A DNA stretch of 63,960 nt, the filler included, from Octopus bimaculoides (lineage: Eukaryota): assembly GCF_001194135.2 (NCBI RefSeq). It is 9 parts of 8 records of this genome, joined end to end, with 100 filler letters (N's around TTAATTAATTAA, not from the genome) between each part and the next. Parts side by side here need not be neighbours in the genome. Positions count along the whole stretch, not along the records: positions 31,624 to 42,049 come from NC_068987.1; positions 42,150 to 52,252 come from NC_068981.1; 7 more parts are not named here. One strand, written 5' to 3'. Numbering within the stretch: position 1 is the stretch's first letter; every line of letters starts with the position of its first letter. Below are positions 38,850 through 52,252 of this stretch, piece by piece. A program made the position numbers and the translations under genes. A model generated the notes under the pieces. The model was given only the letters and a program-made list of their open reading frames with translations, was not told where the DNA came from and did no database searches.

Positions 38850-40588
38850 AGCTAATTAGACAGTGGCTATGCCCATGCTGGGGCACTGCCTTGAAGGGTT
38901 TTAGTTGAACAGAACTTTTAAAATTCTTTTTGTAAGCCTGGTGCTTATTCTATCAGTCTCTTTTGCCAAACTGCTAAGTTATAAGGACACAAATACACCA
39001 TCACTGGTTGTCAAGCAGTAGTAGGGGGGGGGGAGGACAAGCACAGACACAGAGACACATGCACTTGGACTTCTTTCAGTTTCTGTCTACCAAATCCACT
39101 CACAAGGCTTTGGTTGGTCCAAGTCTATTGTAGAAGACACTTTCCCAAGGTGCCACACAGTAGGACTGAACCTGGAACCATGTGGTTCTAGATATAGAAC
39201 AGTCTATCCAAGAGGCTTCTACATGGTTTCCATGTATCAAATTTTATTCAAGGCTTTGGCCAACCCCTGTGGAAAAGAAGACACAAAGGGCATTTCTCCA
39301 AGGCACCACATACCCAATGTAAGATTTGAACCCAAAGCCATATTGATGTAAATCAAACTTCTTAACCACATAGCCATGTAGTTAAGAAAACAAAGATGGG
39401 ATGGTTATGATTGAACCCAGAACCATGTGGTTTGGGAAACAACCATGTGGTTTGGGAAACAAACTTCTTGCCACCACAAAAAAAAAGAAAAAAAAAAAAA
39501 GTCAAACAGACCCAAAGGTGGGAAGGTCATGGTTGGAACACCATTGAACATCCAACATTACTCTTTTTACTCTTTTACTTGTTTCAGTCATTTGACTGCG
39601 CCCATGCTGGAGCACCGCCTTTAGTCGAGCAAATCGACCCCAGGACTTATTCTTTGTAAGCCTAGTACTTATTCTATCGGTCTCTTTTGCTGAACCGCTA
39701 AGTTACAGGGATGTAAACACACCAGCATCGGTTGTCAAGCGATGTNNNNNNNNNNNNNNNNNNNNNNNNNNNNNNNNNNNNNNNNNNNNNNNNNNNNNNN
39801 NNNNNNNNNNNNNNNNNNNNNNNNNNNNNNNNNNNNNNNNNNNNNNNNNNNNNNNNNNNNNNNNNNNNNNNNNNNNNNNNNNNNNNNNNNNNNNNNNNNN
39901 NNNNNNNNNNNNNNNNNNNNNNNNNNNNNNNNNNNNNNNNNNNNNNNNNNNNNNNNNNNNNNNNNNNNNNNNNNNNNNNNNNNNNNNNNNNNNNNNNNNN
40001 NNNNNNNNNNNNNNNNNNNNNNNNNNNNNNNNNNNNNNNNNNNNNNNNNNNNNNNNNNNNNNNNNNNNNNNNNNNNNNNNNNNNNNNNNNNNNNNNNNNN
40101 NNNNNNNNNNNNNNNNNNNNNNNNNNNNNNNNNNNNNNNNNNNNNNNNNNNNNNNNNNNNNNNNNNNNNNNNNNNNNNNNNNNNNNNNNNNNNNNNNNNN
40201 NNNNNNNNNNNNNNNNNNNNNNNNNNNNNNNNNNNNNNNNNNNNNNNNNNNNNNNNNNNNNNNNNNNNNNNNNNNNNNNNNNNNNNNNNNNNNNNNNNNN
40301 NNNNNNNNNNNNNNNNNNNNNNNNNNNNNNNNNNNNNNNNNNNNNNNNNNNNNNNNNNNNNNNNNNNNNNNNNNNNNNNNNNNNNNNNNNNNNNNNNNNN
40401 NNNNNNNNNNNNNNNNNNNNNNNNNNNNNNNNNNNNNNNNNNNNNNNNNNNNNNNNNNNNNNNNNNNNNNNNNNNNNNNNNNNNNNNNNNNNNNNNNNNN
40501 NNNNNNNNNNNNNNNNNNNNNNNNNNNNNNNNNNNNNNNNNNNNNNNNNNNNNNNNNNNNNNNNNNNNNNNNNNNNNNNNNNNNNNNN

Positions 40589-40645
<57 letters not shown>

Positions 40646-40865
40646 GCACACATACATAGATACACATATATACATGCACATATATACATATATATATATT
40701 TATATATATGTATATACCTATATACACATATATACATGTATATATGTGTATATATATATATGTATATATATATACACACATATGCATACAGACACACACT
40801 CAGTTACATGCATACAGTATTTGCAATGGCTTGTAAGTTCAGATTATTTAGCTGTATGTTTTTAG

Positions 40866-40908
<43 letters not shown>

Positions 40909-41137
40909 TATGCATGAATGTATGTATATTCTTTTATTCTTTTATTTTGTTTCAGTCATTTGACTGCGGCCATGCTGGAGCACCATTTTTAGTCGAACAA
41001 ATCGACCCCAGGACTTATTCTTTGTAAGCCTAGTACTTATTCTATCGGTCTCTTTTGCCGAACCGCTAAGTTACAGGAAAGCAAACACATCAACATCAGT
41101 TATCAAGCAATGGTGGTGGGACAAACGCAGACACGCG

Positions 41138-41174
<37 letters not shown>

Positions 41175-42049
41175 CAGGCTTCTTTCAGTTTCCGTCTATG
41201 AAATCTATTTACAAGGCTTTGATCGGCTTGAGGCTATGATAGAAGACAGTTGCCTCTAAACCACATGGCTATGGGTTAAATGCCATTGCGTGGCATCTTG
41301 GGTAAGCGTCTTCCACTATAGCCTTGAGCCAACCAAACCTTGTGACTGGATTTGGTTGACCTGAAAGAAGGCTGTTGTGTATTTGTATATACAAGTGTGT
41401 ATGAGTGTGTCTGTGTTTGTCTTCTACCACTGCTTAATAACTAGTCTTGGTGTGTTTACCTCACAGTAACTTAGCACTTCAGCAAATGAATCTGATAGAA
41501 ATAGTACTAGGCTTTAGAAGATTAGTACTGGGGTCAGTTTGTTAAACTAGAATTCTTCAATCGATGCTCCAGCATGGCCAAAGTCTAATGACTGAAACAA
41601 GTAAGAGGCGTGTCTTTGTGTATGTGTCTGTGTGTGTGTGTGTGTACATTATAGGCACATGCATAGCTATGTGGTAAGAAACTTGCTTCTTAACCACATG
41701 GTTCCAGGTTCAGTCCCACTGCGTAGCACCTTGGGCAGGTGTCTTCTACTGTCGCCTCACATTGACCAAAGCCTTGTGAGTGGATTTGGTAGACAGAAAC
41801 TGAAAGAAGCCCATCACATACACATGTGTGTCTGTGTTTGTCCCCCACCACCATTTGACAACTGGTATTCGTGTGTTTATTTCCTCAATAAGTACCTGGA
41901 TTAAAAAATATATAACTACTGAGGTCAATTCATTTGCCTAAAAATTCCTTAAGGCAGTGTTCCAGTATGACCACAGTCCAATGAGTGAAATAGGTAAAAT
42001 ATATACAGTGGCGTAGGAGTGGCTGTGTGGTAAGTAGCTTGCTTACCAA
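38850..42049. mobile_element. Run of family B SINE copies downstream of the ArgRS exon, in both orientations
   Basis: Minus copies at 38850-39187, 39560-39745 and 40930-41245. Plus copies at 41260-41610, 41670-42000 and a head at 42008-42049. Confidence 0.75.
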
Positions 42050-42149
42050 NNNNNNNNNNNNNNNNNNNNNNNNNNNNNNNNNNNNNNNNNNNNTTAATTA
42101 ATTAANNNNNNNNNNNNNNNNNNNNNNNNNNNNNNNNNNNNNNNNNNNN

Positions 42150-42470
42150 ATCGACAAAGAAGCAGTGCGTAATTTTGGTGTTTCTGTTTGCCTGCGTTCC
42201 AATTAGATACCCTTCAGACTTCTTCAGCATGTATGATAATGGGTTTACCGACAGTATGAACAGCATCACAGAGAGGCTGTCTCCTTGGAATATCCCCCTG
42301 CGATATTGTATTTTTTTGCTGGTGATACATCCACTTACTGTATTTAACTTCACGATGGTGGCCCAGGAAGATGTCAGGTTAGATATGGCATTAATCAAGT
42401 TCCCTGGGACTTTAGCAAGTCGGAGGGCTTCTAGCATCCATGAATGGGGGACAGAGTCGAAGGCTTTTTT
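42150..42470 (-). mobile_element. Non-LTR retrotransposon RT fragment, R2/R4(Dong)-like
   Basis: Uninterrupted 107 codons: KKAFDSVPHSW...RRGIFQGDSLSVMLF...THCFFVD, covering RT motifs from KAFD through QGD to the (Y/F)xDD box, which is cut by the gap. Confidence 0.85.
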
Positions 42471-42800
42471 ATGTATGTATGTATATATGTATGTATGTAT
42501 GCATGTATGTATGTACTCTATACACATACGCATATACACACACATAGACACACACACGTTCCACCTTAATAAATTGATTACAAGTCCTTTTAAACTGTTT
42601 CTAATACACTTCAGCTATTTTATCTTGTAATGTTTTTTTATATTTAAATCTATATAATTTTATTTGCATGAACATTAACATGTTTGGTGGAACTTATTAG
42701 CTCTGTGGGTCTGTGAGTGTATGAGTGTATAGAAATAATTTTATATAAATATATTTATACACGCACACGCACATGTATATATACATGCATACGCACAAAC

Positions 42801-42833
<33 letters not shown>

Positions 42834-43329
42834 TATATGTCTATAGAATAGTGGTAAAACAATGCACCAATATTTATATATATAAACATGTATATATATA
42901 TCTTTATATACGTTTTTTCACTTATGTCAGCGAGGAAGCCGAGCCACCATGCCTTCCTGTCCTATTGGCTTGAAACCTTTCCCAATCTATCCGGTTTTTC
43001 GTGCATATTTCATTACTATTGTAGTGATATCCACATCAAAAGATGAATCTTTACTACTGTCAGGTACCAGTTGTGAATCAGGGGATGCAATCCATCTTGA
43101 TCAAATACATTGTGTGTCTTTCATGCATCTTTGTGTGCTGATAGAAGAGGGTTTGTGATTTTTCAACGTTCAATTGCATATTATTTTCTTCAGCCCATTT
43201 AATTTTAGTACTTAAGTCATATTGTAGGCATATACCATCTTTAGAGCTCTTTGTCATATAGGATACTTTTCTGTCGTCTGTGTAGCAAATGAAGGTGGCT
43301 ATATTGACGATAGAGTCACTTTATGCATG

Positions 43330-43745
43330 TATGAGGAGGCACTATAAACAAGTTCACGATATGCATTCAGTCGTGACAGCTTTTGATCTTCCGTATGGAA
43401 GTGATGCACAAATTTTGCTGCAACTGTTTCCATTCGCTCCAGGAAGCTCCAGGATACACCAGTTATATCAACAAGATCGTCAATTGTTCAGCGACAATCC
43501 TCTAACATCAGTTCACGAATTGTGATGTTTTCATTCTTTCGCGAGGTAGACGGTCGTCCCGAACGAAGTTAGTCTTTAAGGAAAAAGTGACCATTTCTAA
43601 AGCGGAAAAACCACTCGTAAACTTGTGTTTTACTCATGACAGTGTTCTTGTAAGCAGTTTAAAGCATGACAATTGTTTCGGCTGCCGTTTTCAATAGCAG
43701 ATAACAGAATTTCACGGAAGCTCGCTGTTCCTTCGTTTCAGCCAT
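43330..43745 (-). pseudogene. Degenerate mariner transposase, N-terminal part
   Basis: ATG at 43745: MAETKEQRASVKFCY...KTAAETIVML*TAY...KTQVYEWFFRFRNG...*LRSGRPSTS...VAAKFV, with at least three in-frame stops. Contains the typical mariner HTH region and GRP motif. Confidence 0.9.
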
Positions 43746-43929
43746 CGCAAAAATCGATGAACAGGGGAGAAGCACTGCAAAGCAAAGACGCACCACGTAG
43801 TAGCAGGACGTTACAGGATGACGATGGTCAGCAGACTGATGCCTGAGGGTCGCATTAAGTGGCTTCTAGCGGTGGAAGCCTGAACTACAACAGCCTTGTC
43901 TGACAGAGAACGTTTCCGGTTACTTCTTC

Positions 43930-44189
43930 GTATATCATTCCATGATCGATTTTATGGAACGCTTTCGCAAAGTTGAGACATATCACAGCCTCAGTTGAGT
44001 GATTAAGCAAAGTTTTAACATTCAGGTTTAATGTTGTTGGAACTTTGTCAAGCAGATTTTTCCTGGTCGAGAACCATGTTGGGCGTTAGTTTGTAAGGTA
44101 TCTTCTTCAAAGAATGGGATTAATTTCCCTCTAAAGATTAGTTCCACGAGAGTGCTGGTATGTGAGGACTGTGAGATAGACCTATAGTT
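43930..44189 (-). mobile_element. Degenerate CR1-type LINE RT fragment
   Basis: NYRSISQSSH...QHGSRPGKICLT, then after a frameshift AVICLNFAKAF. Matches CR1 NYRPISLTS...QHGFRxGRSCLT...YLDFAKAFD. Confidence 0.8.
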
Positions 44190-44805
44190 TATTTTTTCGT
44201 CTACTCTGCTTCTTAATGAATGAGGTATATTAAACCCTTCTTTAACATCCCTGGAAACCCATTTGATATATTAACCTGTGTCATGAACTCGCCCATATTG
44301 CAGTTCCTAAATCAGTGTTGCAGAAATACTCTTGAAAAGTCAGTTATGGTTAAAACGAAACCTACTCCTGAATTTACAACTAACAAAACTAATGGAATTA
44401 TTCTTGTTGATCAGTGGTTGTAACAAGATTTGGCTTTATACACAACTGGTTCCTCTTAGATGTTTAATCTGAAGGCATTAAAAACCGGGAACCCAAAGTT
44501 TAACTGGTTTCTTCCCAATAAATGTTCATATTGTAGTTAAATTTGGTTATCAACTGAATTATATTCATAATACATATGTGTTTGTTTCTATGTCTATGTT
44601 TTCATATAAACCTCTAGTCATATGTGTACACACATAGATAATAAGTATATACATATATACTCACATAAATACGTACATATACAAGCATATCTATCTATAT
44701 ATCTATCTATCCATTCATCTCTCTTTGTCTGTCTCTGTCTCTGTCTGTCTCTGTCTCTGTCTGTCTCTCTCTCGCTCTCTCTACACACATATATATATGC
44801 GTGGT

Positions 44806-44838
<33 letters not shown>

Positions 44839-44924
44839 NNNNNNNNNNNNNNNNNNNNNNNNNNNNNNNNNNNNNNNNNNNNNNNNNNNNNNNNNNNNNN
44901 NNNNNNNNNNNNNNNNNNNNNNNN

Positions 44925-44980
<56 letters not shown>

Positions 44981-45032
44981 CGTTTATATATTTGTTTGGC
45001 AAGATTTTTGATGTGAAACCGTGTGTTGAAAC

Positions 45033-45135
45033 AGATATTGTTGAATTTGGGGATGGTCATGTTGCCAGTTTAGTCAATAAAACACGTGTTTTGTTGGCGC
45101 TAAACTGGCAACATAACCATCCCCAAATACAGCAA

Positions 45136-45140
<5 letters not shown>
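45033..45140. repeat. 108-bp near-perfect palindrome (MITE-like)
   Basis: Arms pair at 35/38 over the core. The centre aaaacacgtgtttt is self-complementary, with one small asymmetric bulge. Confidence 0.9.
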
Positions 45141-45171
<31 letters not shown>

Positions 45172-45172
45172 C

Positions 45173-45208
<36 letters not shown>

Positions 45209-45649
45209 GTCTATCTGTCTGTCTGTCTGTCTGTCTATCTGGTATAGCAAAACAATGGTTGAAAAATCACCAATGTCGCAATTAACCAGTGGCTGAATAA
45301 AATTTTATGTACAGCGCCGAAGTAGTATTAGTTTAAAATATCAATGTCTGTATCACACTTAAAACCAGATATAAATTAAAGATTTTCCCATCTTGATATA
45401 ACCTAACGTATGTTTCAGTGAAAACCGTGTTAAATCAATCTTGCTTAGAGTAATTTAACTTGTTCACAATTTACTCCAGCGCTGACCACGCCGTCTTTAC
45501 TCTGTGAATAAAGTGCCCATGATCAGATTTGAAGATACCGGAATGTTATTTGAGGAATTCTTCGTTGCTATGCGTAAAAGGCTGCCAAACCATACAGAGG
45601 CTCCGGCGTTAGTTTAAACACAATAATACTTGCGATAGTGGCAACATTG

Positions 45650-45853
45650 TTGTTGGCATTCCATTGCTTACGACGTGAGAGAAAGTTGTGGTGGAAGAGT
45701 ACAGCAGGGTTCGCCACCATCCCCTGCCGGAGCCTCGTGGAGCTTTAGGTGTTTTCGCTCAATAAACACTCACAACGCCCGGACTGGGAATCGAAACTGC
45801 GATCCTATGACCGCGAGTCCGTTACCCTAACCACTGGGCCATTGCTCCTCCAC
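45650..45853 (-). mobile_element. Family D SINE with an internal deletion
   Basis: Head matches 4936-5116. The tail motif gcttacgacg is fused directly to gtgagagaaag, lacking the ~190 bp present at 4757-4935. Confidence 0.75.
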
Positions 45854-47139
45854 CAATGTGGCAACATTAAAACTACGATTTTATACAATATATTTTGCTG
45901 CCTGCCGACTTGATGATTGACAAAATTTATTGAAAGGAATATGCTCTTGTGTATATGAACCCATTCATATCATTACATACAAAGGCAATAATACTCCATG
46001 CTCATATATAGACAATACCCCTGCTTAGCGCAAAACGGACCTTGATCATGCTAAGGTATAATCAATGGCATTCCATGACCGACCATAACGCATTAAGTGG
46101 GTAGTGTATAATATGACAGCATTTTGCTGTTATTTCTTGCAGACAAAGTATAGTATTTATGGCATGAGAATCTACAATATATCTTCTCAAAGTGTCATCG
46201 CTGAAAATTAATTACTCGTTAATTTGCTTCACTTTCACCACTTTTCTTCTCTGTAGCATTAGTTTACAGTGCGGCAGGTCAAAGTGAAAGTTCAATGACT
46301 TTATAGCTTTTGACGCAATGTAACGCTTGCCATTGGCATATTCAAAGCAACAAAACAGCGGCTGCTACACTTCTACGGATTTCTGTGATATTACAAAATC
46401 ACAGATTCTAAGATAATTAAATTTAAATGAAATTAAAATAATTGCAGAAGCAAGTAAATGATTCCTCACGGACATGTCATCTATATTAATCATCACACTG
46501 ACAAAAAAAAAAAAAAAGGGGGAAAAAAAGAAAAATTTACTTACGCGGCGTAGACTATCCAAAGTTCTCTAAATGACAAATTGGATATCACAAATGATTT
46601 AACTTCATCCAAACTGATTAATTTGAAATAAATTTATTATACAAATTAATTAGATACTTTAGAATTTTAATTATATTTCTGCATATATAATATTGTAATT
46701 AAATTGTTATAACGTGAATATTAGTTATATTATGGAATTATAGTTAGTACAATTTGAATTATATTTCTGCATATACTATATTCTGGTTAATTGTTTTAAC
46801 GTGAAAGCTTTTGATACTATGAAATTTATATTATTACGAAAAATATTTGGCCCACAGACATCACGAATTCACTTCACAGATGTTTGACGGAACGGATGCA
46901 TATTGGTATTTTACTAACAGCTTAATCGTGAGTTACACAATACACTGAACTTTAAACTTTAAACCGATGTCTCATTATGGAATCATATTTTACCTAGCTG
47001 CTTGAAAACGAACAAGGAAGATAGGAACCTGGACTAAATCGTGGGTTGTCAAATTAGTTGAGAAATATGAACTGAGATCAGCCTAAAAAAAACAATAAAT
47101 CATATTTTTTTTTTGTTTCCGAAGCTAAATGCGAGAGCG

Positions 47140-47179
47140 GTTCACTCGTACTTATTTCTCTTTTACTGAACTGCTAAAG

Positions 47180-47249
<70 letters not shown>

Positions 47250-47395
47250 CTTCTTTCAGTTTCCATCTACCAAATCCATTTGCAAGACTGGTCGGCCCGA
47301 GGCTATAGTAGAAGTCATTTACCCAGAGTGCCACGTAGTGGATCTGCTGAACCCGGAACCATGTGGCTGGAACGTAAATTCCTTACCACACAGTC
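47140..47395 (-). mobile_element. SINE family B copy with a (ca)n spacer and shortened tail
   Basis: Head cttctttcagtttccatctaccaaatcc...cttaccacacag. Another copy lies at 48715-49015. Confidence 0.7.
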
Positions 47396-49031
47396 TTGAT
47401 AGAAAAGTTTTTAAAGAAGGGGAAGATGTATCATAACATTGAACTTAGATTATCTCATTATCCTACCTAAATCACTCTGTCTTAAAATCCCAATGGATTC
47501 GACTCCATTATTTATTCCAGCGCCATCTTCTAGGTGTGAATTCAGGCAATTTTTTTGTTGAATTGTAACGTGTGTTTATTGAATGCGTGAAACATAAAAA
47601 TAACCATTGCAAAACACAGTCTTAGTGACGTGACTTGTGGCTGTTTTTTTAAATAATAGGTATGCCATAAATGAGCTGTCCTCAGGTCAAAAACATTTAT
47701 TTATGAGGATACCTTTGTTTGTGTGTTTATAGCGATATTATCTAATACTACTTTCTCTTTTATAACGGTTGTAGGCGAAGTGAATCTCACTGCAATTTGT
47801 CGCAAATAGAATGGTTATGCAGAGATCTCATCAGACCTAAATAATAACATACACATACACTCATACACACACATACACCCCCCCACATACGCATTCGTCA
47901 AAATGCGTTATTTTATTCACTCTTGTTATTTTACCATCTGAATTCAAATTCTACCTGAAAATTACCTTACCTTTTGCTATTTAAAGATCGATATACAATA
48001 GGCCAATAATATATTCAGTTCAATAAATCTAATAGACTTTACGAAATGAGGGTATGGACTTGCCAAAAAGAATCTCGGTCATCATCGAATCTTCATAGAT
48101 ACAATAGGAGTTATCTCATCCGACTTTAGTTTACTTTGTAACAACAAAGAACCGATTTATACATTAAAACATGTATAGAAATAATTGTTAGAGATATTCC
48201 AAGCATCAAAACAATTAAAGCGGCTGAAAATATTAGAAGGTAATGAAAATAAGGTGACACTGTAGATTGTTACTTCGTAATAATCATTTCTTTTCCAGAA
48301 GCTTAGATATTTTATATCACGCGGCTTATTTTTTGTAACTTTACCTGTTCATATTTTAAACTGATTATAGTTTCCAAGTCAAACAGTCTTTATTTAAAAC
48401 AACGTTTACTTTTTACAAGCTTTCTGTCTGAAATGTCCTAAGGTACTTTTTATTTTAAACTGATTTTTCCAACAAATAGGAAATGGTGAACGGTTCTCCA
48501 CGTCAAGAAATTTATGCTGAAGGAATCATTAAATTTTGTTGGCAAACGAAGCTGAAGACAATGTTCTCTGAAGAAATTCACGTCCCTATTGCATTGGTTC
48601 CTGTTTGGAACTACTCCACCATGAGTCACCTTGGACAACTTTCTTCTACTGTAGAACCGGCTGACTAGTATTTTGGCAGTGGAATATGATAGATGGGGAT
48701 TGTACGGAAACCCTTTCTATCTTTTATTTGCATCTCTTACTTCTTTCAGTCATTTGACTGCGGACATGCTGGAAAACTGTCTTGAAAAGCTTTAGTCAAA
48801 GAAATCAACCCCAGGGTTTACTTTTGTAAAGCCTAATACTTAATCTATTGGTCCCTTTTGCCGAACCGTTGCTACTGGGACGTAAATACACCGACACCGG
48901 TTTTCAAGCAGTGGTGATGGAAAACTCCAGACACAAAGATCCCGCCCCACATATATGTGATGAGCTTCTTTCAATTTCCAGCTACGAAATTCACTCACAA
49001 GGCTTTGGTCCGCCCGAGCTACGCCTGCATC

Positions 49032-49085
<54 letters not shown>

Positions 49086-49102
49086 CTCTATCTATCTATC
49101 TC

Positions 49103-49136
<34 letters not shown>

Positions 49137-49883
49137 GCGCTGTATAATGTAGTTGGTCTATGAGCAATTAAAACGTAAAGACAAATTTATAAACAAGGGT
49201 ACAATGCTGGTACTATTTTGCACCCTTGTATATACATATATATGTGTGTGTGTGTGTATGCGGCGTGTCTGTACGCGAGTGTTTGTGTGTGTATGTATGG
49301 GGAAACCCAGAGAAGTAGTGGTATATCTATCTGTGTGTGATGATTGTATAACCGTATATGTGAGTGTATTAGCGAAATAATAAAATTTAGCATGTGCAGA
49401 CTAACATGTGAAACAAAGTAAACAGACAACATACACAATGCCACTCATGTCAAGCGTGTATAGACACGCTCACAGCGTGAAGATTGAAACAGTCGGCGTC
49501 TGCTAGATTCAAAGGAGCCAGTTGGATTTGATAGCATCGAAATCAAACATTTACTTACGGAGACAGCGATTTTATATTACCCGAGGAGATACAGCTAGGT
49601 CCTATTATACAAGCAAACCGTTACTTAATTTAAAATGAAACCTTGAATATATATGGATCTATGTTGTATCGAAATATGTGTAGTGGTCATTAAAAAGCTG
49701 TCGAATCGTACTCCATCTTACTCTATTTAATCTTTCATTTTTACTTTTTACACACGAAGAATGCCTAAACCTAGAAAATTGGTAGTATACCATAATACTG
49801 CTGGGTGTCTGGTAATTCTAAGGGTGAACGAGCTCTTTTTTTTGTACTCTAATACGTTCTTAACCGAATACAAGTCAACTATA

Positions 49884-49916
<33 letters not shown>

Positions 49917-50166
49917 NNNNNNNNNNNNNNNNNNNNNNNNNNNNNNNNNNNNNNNNNNNNNNNNNNNNNNNNNNNNNNNNNNNNNNNNNNNNNNNNNNNN
50001 NNNNNNNNNNNNNNNNNNNNNNNNNNNNNNNNNNNNNNNNNNNNNNNNNNNNNNNNNNNNNNNNNNNNNNNNNNNNNNNNNNNNNNNNNNNNNNNNNNNN
50101 NNNNNNNNNNNNNNNNNNNNNNNNNNNNNNNNNNNNNNNNNNNGTGCATATATATATGCGTATATA

Positions 50167-50219
<53 letters not shown>

Positions 50220-52202
50220 TGCGGTCGATCTGATCGACTAGCTCCCGACCCTGAAATTTCAGGCCTTGTGCTTATAATAGAAAGCAATTTCTTCATAGTA
50301 GCAGGCTGTATATAATTATATATATATATAAGATTAATAAACCAAATAGAGATTTCTTCTAAGAATCAGACTGAAATGAATATCGAGGTTCGTATAATCA
50401 TCTAGAAAAAAAACCACGATGGCAATGCTTCAGTACATCATTGCATATCATTGGCCAAAACTAGTAAAATCTAGATGTATGTCGCGTTGCTTATTCGCGT
50501 CATCACCTTTATAATGTTTAATACACATCTTCGGAATGTGTAGAGCACATTGGATTATCGACATCGAGTTGCGGACATATGTAGCTTCAGTGAAAAAAGC
50601 CAAGTGATATATTTACCAGTGGTACTTGTGAGAGTTTATTCCTTGTATTCGAATAGTGTTCACCCGTAAAGCTGCAATGTAACAGAACTGAAAAGCTATG
50701 TTTCATTTGAAAATAATTTATGCTTCAATAGTGGACACATGGTTGTCGGTTTTGTTTAACCCTCGGTCAACCCTCAGGCGCAACTTTTCCACCATGTCTC
50801 ATCAAAAATTTTTTCTAAGACTACATATTTTGATGTGTCATTGTTAAGATGGCAATTTTTATATAGATATCGTTTCTAAATCGCTACTGGTTGAGTGGCT
50901 ACATAGAAGCTCTTTTTTTGACTCGAGGGCGATATTCTTTTCAAAAAAAAGAAGAAGAAATCTTTAGGAATTCATTATAGCAATGGTAAAATATGTGCTT
51001 ACCACTGAAAGCATACGAGATGCAGCTGATCACGGAACAGATTTGTATTTTCTATCATGATAAAAAGAATTATTTCACAGAGTTTGCGTGTTCGTCAAAA
51101 TTAATGTTATTTTATTCAGTATGTTGTATAAGTGAACATAACGCATGTGTTTTTTCTTGTATTCAAATTATTTTGCATACTTTCAATTTCTAAAACTACT
51201 TTTAAAAGCCATTTAAACAGTCATAAAACAATTTTTTATTAAAGTAATGATAAGAAAGCATTTTCGTTTTACATCGTGCATATANNNNNNNNNNATATAT
51301 GTATATATATATATATATATACATGTATATATATTAATTAAATTTTGAAAATTTTGTTGCATAGCAATTTCCCATTATTCTTGTACCACATTTCTTTTTT
51401 GTAGTTATTTTCTATTTTGCTTTCACTGTATAGTTTTCATGATCATTTATTTTTTTATCTTTTAATAAACCTACTGATGTGGCTTGTTGAATTTTTCAGA
51501 CTTTTACTTTTTAGATTAATTATTTCCAATGCAAGTCATTGCAAAATTTCTTTAGTGTTTGAATACAAATTAATGTTCATACAAAAATTTTCAGAAACTT
51601 TCATGTTTAATGTTATATAAAAATGGATTTAAAGAGTAAAAGCAAGGAAATTCATTTGGGTATAATACATAGTTAATGGAATGTATGCGTATTTTACAAT
51701 AAAATTCAGAAGAGTTGTGTCGTATTTGATAAAAAAATAGAAGTCGAAAAATTAATTCTAATATCTTGTTATAGGCGATGAACTGTGTGTTAATAAGTCG
51801 TTGGTAAACGTGTACTTTGAACTTTGTTCAAGTGACGGATATTGTTTCAATTTATAGAGACAAACAAGAAAGTGAGTAATAGTAATTTAGTGCAATAGAT
51901 AAACAGACGCCAGGTATCTCAAGAAATGATCATAATAGTACAAAAGAAAATGAAAAACTGCAGTTTTAACGAAAGATCAATGGAAGTTCATTTGTGTAGA
52001 ATTCCCGAAGTACGCTAATTCATTTCGAAATTGTCTACATTTGGATTTTAAAGGAGCGTCATTTATTTATTGATAGGAATATATTTAATGAGAATGACCG
52101 CCTTAATATAGTTAAAAACGTTATTACATTCTCCGATTCTAAATAAATAAATTGAGACACAAATTCATCTACTTGAACAGATATATACAATCATCATTTA
52201 AG

Positions 52203-52252
<50 letters not shown>

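Noticed and set aside
51858-51871. 14-nt micro-exon with good AG and GTGAGT sites
   Set aside because: Not frame-preserving, no supporting context, and such matches arise by chance in 60 kb.
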